In this document: one piece after another, positions 1 through 7,475 of the stretch
How positions within the stretch are numbered: the first letter of the stretch is position 1
Layout: each line of letters begins with the position of its first letter
Virus record (IMG/VR): IMGVR_UViG_3300008085_000063
Location: 1 to 37,913 of that record
From: a virus
Taxonomy: Duplodnaviria > Caudoviricetes
Length of the DNA: 37,913 nt
Direction: 5' to 3' (one strand)
Made by a program: the position numbers and the translations under genes
Notes under the pieces: model-generated
What the model saw: the letters and a program-made list of their open reading frames with translations, nothing else
The model's database searches: none
What the model was told of the DNA's origin: nothing

Positions 1-78
1 CCACCGGTATCGCCACCGGTATCGCCACCGGTATCGCCACCGGTATCGCCACCGGTATCGCCACCGGTATCGCCACCG
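1..78. repeat. 12-bp tandem repeat CCACCGGTATCG, ~6.5 copies, running off the left edge; encodes (GGDT)n on the minus strand
   Basis: Perfect repeat directly visible; in frame with the minus-strand ORF starting at 353. Confidence 0.97.
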
Positions 79-353
79 GCAGCACTGCCTAACAGTACAG
101 GATTTGCACCGCTGAAATCATAGAGCTTTCCGTCAATTTCCTGGACACCAGGTTTGTATGGGGTACCAAGATTAGTGGCTGTTTGTAAAGAGCCGCCAGT
201 AGGGCTGCTATAAGTGCCCCCGTCTGGGAGTTTATATGTGGTAGGAACACTTGCACCTCCTGCCGACTCAGTCCAGCCCATCTCAGGCGTGTTTATACCT
301 ACACTGTGTAAAGTATTCGCTGTATTTTGCAAAGCATCTGCTATGAACCCCAT
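1..353 (-). CDS. 5' part of a Gly/Thr-rich virion (probable ejection/internal) protein, truncated by the window edge; not in the ORF track
   Basis: ATG at 353 with GGAGAAT SD; open frame MGFIADALQNTANTLHSVGINTPEMGWTESAGG...LLGSAAGGDTGGDT to base 1. Confidence 0.8.
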   Translation of the reverse strand, partial: MGFIADALQNTANTLHSVGINTPEMGWTESAGGASVPTTYKLPDGGTYSSPTGGSLQTATNLGTPYKPGVQEIDGKLYDFSGANPVLLGSAAGGDTGGDTGGDTGGDTGGDTGGDTG

Positions 354-395
354 ATTCTCCCCGTTCTCTTAGGTTAACGACATATTGTGCCTTGT

Positions 396-404
396 ATTAT
401 ACCA
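396..404 (-). promoter_or_regulatory. Extended -10 promoter (TGgTATAAT) for the virion/ejection operon
   Basis: Consensus extended -10 about 40 nt upstream of ATG 353. Confidence 0.6.
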
Positions 405-568
405 TAAACGAAATAGGAATAGTGAAATTAGGCTTGTTCAGCCAAGATTTTTATTATTTCCCGATAGATAGCGTATTCTGTCTTTTTAATCCTCTTACGC
501 CGGAGACGTAATGGAGGCTCGCTATCTAGGGGTAGATAATCGTTTCAACTCATGCCTCAATTCTAGCA

Positions 569-1552
569 CTAACCGACCATTTCGGCAACAAGCTCGGCGA
601 AAGTCGTAGTCGGCTCCCAGCCAAGCTCTACCTTAGCTTTAGTAGCATCACCTTTAAGATATGGAACTTCATTCGGGCGGTAAAACTCGGGGTTAACCCT
701 GACTGCAACACATCCGTTAACGGTGCCAATTTCATCGACACCAGCGCCAGTCCATACGACTTTTTGGTTAATGGCTGCGAAGGCGGCGTTCACAAAATCA
801 CGGACAGTATGAGCTACCCCAGTAGCGACAATAAATTCATCTGGCGTGTCTTGTTGAAGCATTAGCCACATGGCACGAACATAATCACGGGCGTGGCCCC
901 AATCACGGATTGAGTTCATATTGCCAAGTTCAATCGGCTCGGCGGTACATTGCCAATTCTTAACTCCTAAAGCAATTTTCTGGGTAACGAAATTAGACCC
1001 ACGGAGCTTACCCTCGTGGTTAAACAAAATACCGCAAGAAATAAATCGACCTTGGGAACGTTTCGATCGGGCGTAAAAATGAGCGGCCGTTTTAGCGATA
1101 GCATAAGGACTGTTCGGGTTGAGTGGTGTATCCTCTGATAAAATCGGTGTGCCAGTCTTATCACCGAACATCTCGCTTGTGCTTGCTTGGTATAAGCGCC
1201 AATCGCCATTATGCTCGCTCTCAAGCGCTTGAACCAGATTGACAAAACCAGTATAGACCACGTCAGTCGTCAAAGCTGGCTGTTCGAAACTAACGGCGAC
1301 ATGACTCTGAGCGGCAAGATTATAAATTTCGTCTGGTTGCCACTTTTTGACGATGCTAGCCAGCGACTTGTAATCTGTCATATCGCCCTCGACAATATGG
1401 AGCTTATCTGTGCAAAAATCTAATCTGTGACATCTAGGGTCAGTGCTAACACGGCGTATCATAGCCACGACTTCATAACCCTTATTTAGTAACAACTCGG
1501 TCAAATATTGGCCGTCCATACCAGTAAACCCGGTGACAAATGCTCGTTTCAT
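569..1552 (-). CDS. gmd: GDP-mannose 4,6-dehydratase
   Basis: TGFTGMDG nucleotide-binding motif, YNLAAQSHV, YQASTSE, SPYAIAK, GILFNHE, RDWGHARDYV, FYRPNEV. Confidence 0.95.
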   Translation of the reverse strand: MKRAFVTGFTGMDGQYLTELLLNKGYEVVAMIRRVSTDPRCHRLDFCTDKLHIVEGDMTDYKSLASIVKKWQPDEIYNLAAQSHVAVSFEQPALTTDVVYTGFVNLVQALESEHNGDWRLYQASTSEMFGDKTGTPILSEDTPLNPNSPYAIAKTAAHFYARSKRSQGRFISCGILFNHEGKLRGSNFVTQKIALGVKNWQCTAEPIELGNMNSIRDWGHARDYVRAMWLMLQQDTPDEFIVATGVAHTVRDFVNAAFAAINQKVVWTGAGVDEIGTVNGCVAVRVNPEFYRPNEVPYLKGDATKAKVELGWEPTTTFAELVAEMVG

Positions 1553-2535
1553 AATTCGTAGCTCCCATTATTTATTTCATTATCGGTGGTTATTTTAGTT
1601 CCATACCACTGTTGGTTAGTGAACGGCACAAAACGTAAATCACCCATGCTTATCTCAGCGATGCCAGATGTAATGTCTTTGACCCCTAACGACACGAGCA
1701 ATTTCTCGTCCTGCTTTAGCCAAATAGCGCCAGACACGAACTCGACACTTTCGTTAAGTTTAGGGGTTGAATCTCGACAATCACCGACACCAAAATGGAA
1801 TAACTGGCTAACATGAGTGATAGTTCCCTTTTCATCCCTGATAACAGCAATAGAGGCGTAGAATCGGTGCATAAGATATGGGTGTTTAATGCTTTGGAGG
1901 ACGTGGGCAATAGTTATCCATTGGTTATCTTTATAAGGTAGCAGCTGCGAACCACCATGGATTTTAGAGTTAGTCGGCTCGCCATAGACCTTATCGTCAA
2001 CGACAACTTGAGTTAGCGAGTAAGTGTAATCAAACCAGCGAGTGGGCACGGTTGGCGGAGACCAGTTCTTTTCAGCCATCTCTGTCGGCTGGGGGTAATC
2101 CTTAATATGCTTATATGTGTGAGTCTTTGGGTCAATCTCAATAAGCGTTTGCCCGATACCCATCTTGATACGTCCTAGCTTATCATAAGTAGTATAGATT
2201 CGCGCCCCAATGCCGCATAACTTATCATCACGGCTAAAAATACGGACATCTTCAATGCCAAAATCGGGGTTTTCAGGCGTCATTTTAACGATTTTCGGCG
2301 AGTATTTCAGCTCCAAGGTTTTTGGGTCGAGTTCTGATAAGAGCAAGAAATTCTGGTAATGGCGTTTGGTCGGGTCGTAGCCTTTATTGACCTTATTACC
2401 ACGAAAAGTAATGTACAGATGGTCATTACACCACGCCATCGACGGGTTGTGGGTGAAATCCACCGTATCAGGTAACTTAAAATCAAGAACCTTTACTTCG
2501 GTTGGTATCTGGTAAACAACGCCGCTTTCCATCAT
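1549..2535 (-). CDS. Five-bladed beta-propeller glycoside hydrolase/transferase-like protein (GH130 / GT91 / GT108-like)
   Basis: Motifs HNPS, GIEDVRIF, EKNWSP, IHGGSQL, VEFVSG, VSLGVKD; ATGA-coupled to gmd. Confidence 0.65.
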   Translation of the reverse strand: MMESGVVYQIPTEVKVLDFKLPDTVDFTHNPSMAWCNDHLYITFRGNKVNKGYDPTKRHYQNFLLLSELDPKTLELKYSPKIVKMTPENPDFGIEDVRIFSRDDKLCGIGARIYTTYDKLGRIKMGIGQTLIEIDPKTHTYKHIKDYPQPTEMAEKNWSPPTVPTRWFDYTYSLTQVVVDDKVYGEPTNSKIHGGSQLLPYKDNQWITIAHVLQSIKHPYLMHRFYASIAVIRDEKGTITHVSQLFHFGVGDCRDSTPKLNESVEFVSGAIWLKQDEKLLVSLGVKDITSGIAEISMGDLRFVPFTNQQWYGTKITTDNEINNGSYEL

Positions 2536-2819
2536 ATAAACATTTCCATTTCTTTTTTAGTTTTATTCCAATTTTCTGGGTAAACAGCGCGAGAAAAGTA
2601 CATTCTATCTAACTTCGCAATAGTAGGCTTTTGCAATGGTTGGAACGGCTCATCTTTTGACTTCTTTATTTCAAGCGCAAACCAACCGCCACCGTCCATA
2701 AGAGCAATAATATCAGGACAGCCGTTGGGAGTACCGAGCCCACCAGTTTTAATAACATAACACCCTTTATTTTTAAGATATTTAATTATTTTCGATTGAA
2801 ATGCTGACTCTTTTATCAT
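2532..2819 (-). CDS. VRR-NUC domain nuclease (Holliday junction resolvase-like)
   Basis: ESAFQSKIIKYL, GCPDII, ALEIK, QPLQ signature. Confidence 0.88.
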   Translation of the reverse strand: MIKESAFQSKIIKYLKNKGCYVIKTGGLGTPNGCPDIIALMDGGGWFALEIKKSKDEPFQPLQKPTIAKLDRMYFSRAVYPENWNKTKKEMEMFI

Positions 2820-3027
2820 ATCTTCCCCTTTTATAATGGTTACGTTTCAGTTTGTCAAGCTTATTTGAATTCCCTATGTGGTAGTAGTGGCAGGAAAGGC
2901 AACGGTAGAAATCAAGTGATTGCTGCGCCCTCTCTATGTGCCGAGACCGTTTCATGCACCATACTTTCTTTTTTACTTCTTGATAAGTATGATATTTAAC
3001 CTTCCCGTCACACCCGACTCTAACCAT
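2782..3027 (-). CDS. Small basic putative zinc-binding protein
   Basis: CDGKVKY...FYRCLSCHYYHIG; overlaps both neighbours. Confidence 0.65.
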   Translation of the reverse strand: MVRVGCDGKVKYHTYQEVKKKVWCMKRSRHIERAQQSLDFYRCLSCHYYHIGNSNKLDKLKRNHYKRGRYDKRVSISIENN

Positions 3028-3721
3028 TACTGCCCTGCCCTAGTTTCAAAGCCCAACTGTCAGTGATATTCTTACTTTCTATGATATAGACCCCATCAGT
3101 ATCTAAATAACCGCCAGCAGGGGCAATAGTATCGTAGTTATTCATATAGACATCATCACCCAATAATTTATAAGTTGTAGCGACTTTTCCATCTATTTGG
3201 TTCAAGAGTTCTTCCATCGCACCTTGTTTGGTCTTACTAAGCATAATCAGAGCCGAGGCGATAACATGCTTAACTTTCACCGCTGCTTTCGACTCGTAAG
3301 TCGGGTCGATTATAAACCGACCAGCAATCTCAAGCACTTTAGCAGCCGCACCCTTCGGTCGGGACGACACCTCAGCGATTGCGCCCCGAATACCAGCAGT
3401 CGCCATCTCGGGCGCTGGGATATTGACTTTAGGTGGTGCCATCGGAGCAACAATAGCGTTTTTACTATTAGTGGCATTGACATTTATCGCATTTGGGTAG
3501 CAAATGATAAATCTAGGATACTCAACCTTGATATTCTCAGCCTGTTTGCCATCAACTCGCTCAATCGCCCGACGGATAGCAGATAATGACGTCTTTTCGT
3601 CGGCGATCGAGTAAATCAACTCCAAAATCGCATCTTCGTACTCGGTTTTGTCGTCGTCCTTGTAGGCTTTGATAAAGTCCTTCCAATGCCACTCTGCCAC
3701 ATCTGACAAATTGTAACCCAT
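3020..3721 (-). CDS. Hypothetical protein with a duplicated A..(R/E)..(ER/NQ).DGK helix motif; candidate terminase small subunit-like
   Basis: AIRRAIERVDGK and AMEELLNQIDGK; SD inside the end of the upstream gene. Function inferred only. Confidence 0.6.
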   Translation of the reverse strand: MGYNLSDVAEWHWKDFIKAYKDDDKTEYEDAILELIYSIADEKTSLSAIRRAIERVDGKQAENIKVEYPRFIICYPNAINVNATNSKNAIVAPMAPPKVNIPAPEMATAGIRGAIAEVSSRPKGAAAKVLEIAGRFIIDPTYESKAAVKVKHVIASALIMLSKTKQGAMEELLNQIDGKVATTYKLLGDDVYMNNYDTIAPAGGYLDTDGVYIIESKNITDSWALKLGQGSNG

Positions 3722-3722
3722 T

Positions 3723-5141
3723 TTACTTCTCCTCTTTCATATCAGTAAAGCCTAATTGCACCAACTCGTCATCTAAATCGTCGGTACTCATATTCTTCAA
3801 CTCAGTCGCAACCTCAGGGCCGACTTTCAAACCTATTCGCATAGGCATTTGTGTTAAGTCACCTGGCGCAGTTTTACTATCGTAAAAGAAATACCAGTTA
3901 ACCCGATTATCGCCAATCCGAACCGTACGGGGCTTATCGGCCGTAAACGGCTTAAACACTCGCCTAACGTTAGTGATACCAAGTGGCACCAAGCCATGCT
4001 CCGAACACCACTCTTGATAGTCGTTGTAAAGCTGGGCATAATTAGAAAACGCCTCAACCCCAGTAATAACCAAGTCTTTGCGATACGCCTCAGCCGAGTT
4101 AGACTCCTCGTCGTATTCGCTCTTAGCAACTTGAGTCGCTGGTGAAAACGCATAACGGTAGTGGTTGTCTCGTAAAAATTGTGCCTTATCGAGTATCAAA
4201 AATAGCAGTCCCGATAAAAATTCCGGCGTGAATGTCCGGTCGTTAAATTCCTCGTCAGCCTTAAATTTATTTGGGAACGGCACGATCACTGTACGGCGCC
4301 TAGTGCCATCAGTCTTATCGGCAAAAGTCGGGATGTTGTTGGCGTTAAAAATCGTATGAAAGTCAGCATCAATCATGAACCCTTCCTGGGAATGGAACTT
4401 GTGCACCGAAAACGGCTCGTGGGTACCAAGGGCTTTATAGCGCTCCGTGTCATTGACTCGAACCTCACTACTCTCTCGCACCAAGTTGCCAAGTATCGCG
4501 TTCAGTTTCAGCGCATCCCGCCCATCCTCGAGGGCACTGGTAGTGACGCTAGTCAAAAACGGTCCGACAATCCGATAAACGGCGTCAATAAGTGAGGACT
4601 TGCCATTCGCCCCGTCACCGACGAACCAAATCACACCCGTCGGGCGTCGGCTCATAAATAGTGGCGCCAATGCCTGTAAATAGTCTTCAACTAAGTCAGT
4701 GTCACCCTTCGCCAGATCAAGTAAAAACTTCTGTGGCGCCTCAACCTGGTCGACATCCGGCGTAATCGGCGACGAGTAAACAACCAGCTCGTCGTCGCGC
4801 ATCGGGCGCTGAACCAGCTTGTCCATCTCCCACACCGAGTAGTCACCTAGCAGTATCTTACCCGACGCCTCGGCCGTCACGTCAACCGCCTTCTTCTGGA
4901 AAGCATCATACAGTTCTTTGATATCCTGTATCTTCGGAAAGCCTAGGTAGGCGTAGCACAGCTCAGCGAAGCGATCGTAGTTCACCCTACCGAGCGCATT
5001 ATTCAAATAAAGCTGCTGCTTAAACCGAAAAAACCGATTGTTCATCGCCAACAGCTCGTATTTCTTCTGCTTAGCGTTAGCCGACCCGATATTCTCAGGT
5101 GTTTCCGGTGGTTGAACTACTATTGCAACGTTATCATTCAT
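3723..5141 (-). CDS. SF3 / D5-like (P4-primase C-terminal type) replicative helicase
   Basis: Walker A GDGANGKSS, IFNANNIP, DGTRRRTVIVPF, C-terminal winged helix (LYNDYQEWCSEHG); no clear primase catalytic domain. Confidence 0.88.
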   Translation of the reverse strand: MNDNVAIVVQPPETPENIGSANAKQKKYELLAMNNRFFRFKQQLYLNNALGRVNYDRFAELCYAYLGFPKIQDIKELYDAFQKKAVDVTAEASGKILLGDYSVWEMDKLVQRPMRDDELVVYSSPITPDVDQVEAPQKFLLDLAKGDTDLVEDYLQALAPLFMSRRPTGVIWFVGDGANGKSSLIDAVYRIVGPFLTSVTTSALEDGRDALKLNAILGNLVRESSEVRVNDTERYKALGTHEPFSVHKFHSQEGFMIDADFHTIFNANNIPTFADKTDGTRRRTVIVPFPNKFKADEEFNDRTFTPEFLSGLLFLILDKAQFLRDNHYRYAFSPATQVAKSEYDEESNSAEAYRKDLVITGVEAFSNYAQLYNDYQEWCSEHGLVPLGITNVRRVFKPFTADKPRTVRIGDNRVNWYFFYDSKTAPGDLTQMPMRIGLKVGPEVATELKNMSTDDLDDELVQLGFTDMKEEK

Positions 5142-5212
5142 TTTACCCCTATTCTAGTCAATGCAAAATTGTCACTACCCGCGACATTGGTTAGAGCACT
5201 GGAACTGCCACG

Positions 5213-5242
5213 ATAGTACCATGTAACTTAGTGCCGGCACAA
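5213..5242 (-). promoter_or_regulatory. Promoter of the helicase-gmd operon
   Basis: TTGTGC-18-TACTAT with TG extension; palindrome GTGCCGGCAC (5231-5240) overlaps the -35. Confidence 0.55.
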
Positions 5243-5296
5243 CGCTATATATATCAAAATTGGTAACGCTCAAACGCTATACTAGTTATGCCAGAA

Positions 5297-5331
5297 TATA
5301 GAAATCCCCCCACCGAGATACGATGGAGGGA
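5297..5331 (-). terminator. Intrinsic terminator for the sRNA and the 5368-6063 gene
   Basis: Stem UCCCUCCAUCG/CGGUGGGGGGA; its two G-U pairs form only on the minus strand; U-rich tail. Confidence 0.75.
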
Positions 5332-5345
5332 AGGCTCTAACCAGT
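5297..5345 (-). ncRNA. Predicted small RNA with a single-stranded 5' seed UGGUUAGAGCC and a terminator hairpin
   Basis: Own promoter at 5350-5378, no ORF, 11-bp stem followed by UUUCUAUAUU. Confidence 0.6.
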
Positions 5346-5349
5346 TATT

Positions 5350-5378
5350 ATTGTAGCATCTATGGTGTTATTTATCAA
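5350..5378 (-). promoter_or_regulatory. Sigma70-type promoter of the predicted sRNA
   Basis: TTGATA-17-TACAAT with TG extension. Confidence 0.7.
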
Positions 5379-6063
5379 GTATCTCGTAATACTTACGGTA
5401 TTTCGTTGGCAGACTGATATCAATGCCCTCCTCAGCCGCGTAGTTCTTAGCAAAATATTTAGCCTTATCCTCAGAGTCGAACGAGTCAATCTCCGTTGCA
5501 TAAAACCTGTTGCCGTTGTCTAGTAATGTCTGATTGGCTGGATCATCTTTGTCGATGCCAGTCATATCCTGAAAAGCTGGTATCATATCAGCTTTCTCTT
5601 TGTCGGACACTAGCAACGTTCTAGAGTCCTTCACCCCAGGCGGGTAAAGCGACGGCTCGACTTCATAAACTTGCCATCTGGTTTCCTTCTCTACTAATGG
5701 TCCTGGTGCAGTTTTTTCTTGTAGTGATGGCATTATATCTCGCATTGTCGGGCGATATTCTACTGGGGGGACCACCGCCTTATTAGGTTTGTTATCTACA
5801 AGTTCCTCTTTGGTTAGTTTTGTAATATCAATTCCAATAAATACCGATTTAGGTGATAATATAACTCCTCCGGCTTCATTGACCGCAACTTTCACCGGCT
5901 TTTTATATTCCTTAGTTTTTCTATCCCAGAAACGGCATAAATCACCTTTGATTCCTAAGCTGGATAAAAACATATAAGCTCTTTGCGGAGCTATACCAGC
6001 GGTTATTACATCGGCTACTAATTCGTGGTAAGTGTACTCTTTTTCTATATCTAAACGTATCAT
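5368..6063 (-). CDS. Hypothetical protein (231 aa), probably on a leaderless mRNA
   Basis: Long ORF, no SD, ATG 6 nt from a consensus -10. Confidence 0.8.
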   Translation of the reverse strand: MIRLDIEKEYTYHELVADVITAGIAPQRAYMFLSSLGIKGDLCRFWDRKTKEYKKPVKVAVNEAGGVILSPKSVFIGIDITKLTKEELVDNKPNKAVVPPVEYRPTMRDIMPSLQEKTAPGPLVEKETRWQVYEVEPSLYPPGVKDSRTLLVSDKEKADMIPAFQDMTGIDKDDPANQTLLDNGNRFYATEIDSFDSEDKAKYFAKNYAAEEGIDISLPTKYRKYYEILDK

Positions 6064-6069
6064 GTATTT

Positions 6070-6098
6070 AGTATAGGGTATATAGGTATATATGTCAA
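6070..6098 (-). promoter_or_regulatory. Strong leftward promoter
   Basis: TTGACA-17-TATACT. Confidence 0.85.
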
Positions 6099-6367
6099 TG
6101 CCCTAGTTGATTTTATTTTAAATTTCGGGGTTAATGTGATAATAAGGGTTCCCTCGTCCCCAAGATTACACCCCCCCCACTATCTACACCGCCACCACGC
6201 CGGGCCCGGCCCTTGCCCTGCGCTGCTCGCCCACTAACATAATAGACAGGTGTATTATATAAAACCCTATAATATAGCAGTGCTTGCGCCCTGGCTGCTG
6301 ATTCACCGCTAAGCAAGCGAAGCCGGTACTATCTCTTGCTTTTCTTCTAAAAATATTATTTATTGTG

Positions 6368-6660
6368 TTTTGTCATAACGAGTCAGTTATATCCATATAA
6401 CTCTAGGGGGTAGGTATATACCTTATATAATAGTATTGAATAAGTAAGGTACTTATGACATTTTGGAATAACAGAGGAAAATGGGGGTGTTGTGTCAATA
6501 ACTAGAGGCCCAAAACACCCCTGTTAGCCATTGACGTATCACCACTATCGTGTTATTGCTAGATTTGTCACAATGGGTTTTTTTGACATTTTTTGACATT
6601 CTTTTTGACATATTGACAAACCTTAATAATCTAACACAATTTAACTAAATACTATTGACA
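6368..6660. repeat. Cluster of TGACA/TGTCA iteron-like repeats; candidate replication origin
   Basis: TGACA at 6456, 6584, 6594, 6606, 6614, 6656; TGTCA at 6371, 6493, 6566; AT-rich non-coding strand-switch region. Confidence 0.55.
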
Positions 6661-6684
6661 AACTAACCCCATCCGTGCTATTAT
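6655..6684 (+). promoter_or_regulatory. Strong rightward early promoter
   Basis: TTGACA-18-TATTAT with TG extension. Confidence 0.75.
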
Positions 6685-6828
6685 TAGAGTATGAGAATAA
6701 ACCACTCCGACGGTAGCCATTAAGCGATACGCTAGGCACCATCTAAACGGCTCTAACCACAATAACAAGTGTATCCGGTAGCACTGCGAGGCTATCGGAT
6801 ACACACCAAGCCCAAGGAGGGCAACAAT

Positions 6829-7134
6829 ATGACAATAGCAAAAACAAACACTATAGACGCTATCGACGATATAGACAATCTATATATCGAGGCATCAAAC
6901 GTCAAGCGTAATCATACCCGCAAGACCAAGACGGCCAAACGTATTAAAGTTCGAGGCTCTGTCGAAGTGGCCCGGGACAATTACCGAGCAGCTAAACGCC
7001 TACAACGGGCTAACATCAAACGAGCGAAGCAGAATATCAAAAGTTATAAACTTTTGATTGTACAGGCTAAGACATCATACAAATTGATTAAGCTTAGCGA
7101 CGGCCACAAAAAGTGGTTTCAGTTCTGGAAATAA
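6829..7134 (+). CDS. Basic coiled-coil early protein ending KKWFQFWK
   Basis: AGGAGG SD before ATG 6829, preferred to GTG 6769. Confidence 0.8.
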   Translation: MTIAKTNTIDAIDDIDNLYIEASNVKRNHTRKTKTAKRIKVRGSVEVARDNYRAAKRLQRANIKRAKQNIKSYKLLIVQAKTSYKLIKLSDGHKKWFQFWK

Positions 7135-7168
7135 TATATAGCAAGTAGCGTCTAGGAGGCGCAAAACT

Positions 7169-7474
7169 ATGAGCAAATACAACGACAACGACATTAAAAT
7201 TATCAACACATCTTATCACAAGCACATGACGGATCGTCATCTAGCCCAGGTCAACTTTACGGCCGGAATACCACGCAATATGTGGGACGAGTATACCAGC
7301 AAAACATCTATGGACCACCAAAATCTTGGCCGCATCCGCTTTATGCAATTAGTTGGGCCAGACAACGAGAGCGATGGGGTGGTGGTCTTTGGCCGTGTCT
7401 CGCATGGCTACGGCTACGAGATATCACAAGACATCAGTGGCGCGATTGAGTTTAGCAAAGGGGTGCAAAAATAA
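7169..7474 (+). CDS. Hypothetical protein
   Basis: AGGAGG SD; operon packing. Confidence 0.8.
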   Translation: MSKYNDNDIKIINTSYHKHMTDRHLAQVNFTAGIPRNMWDEYTSKTSMDHQNLGRIRFMQLVGPDNESDGVVVFGRVSHGYGYEISQDISGAIEFSKGVQK

Positions 7475-7475
7475 T

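Noticed and set aside
1-78. Possible CRISPR array or terminal repeat
   Set aside because: No spacers; the 12-bp unit is in frame in a coding sequence and absent from the other end.
421-550. Hammerhead ribozyme
   Set aside because: GAAAC is present on the minus strand, but the core reads CUGAACA rather than CUGAnGA and the stems do not fit the required topology.
428-553. TGA recoding (alternative genetic code)
   Set aside because: Single instance; many genes end in TGA within ATGA overlaps and long ORFs are intact in code 11.
6131-6316. 61-aa ORF in the control region
   Set aside because: Non-ATG start, no SD and low-complexity translation of a GC patch; treated as non-coding.
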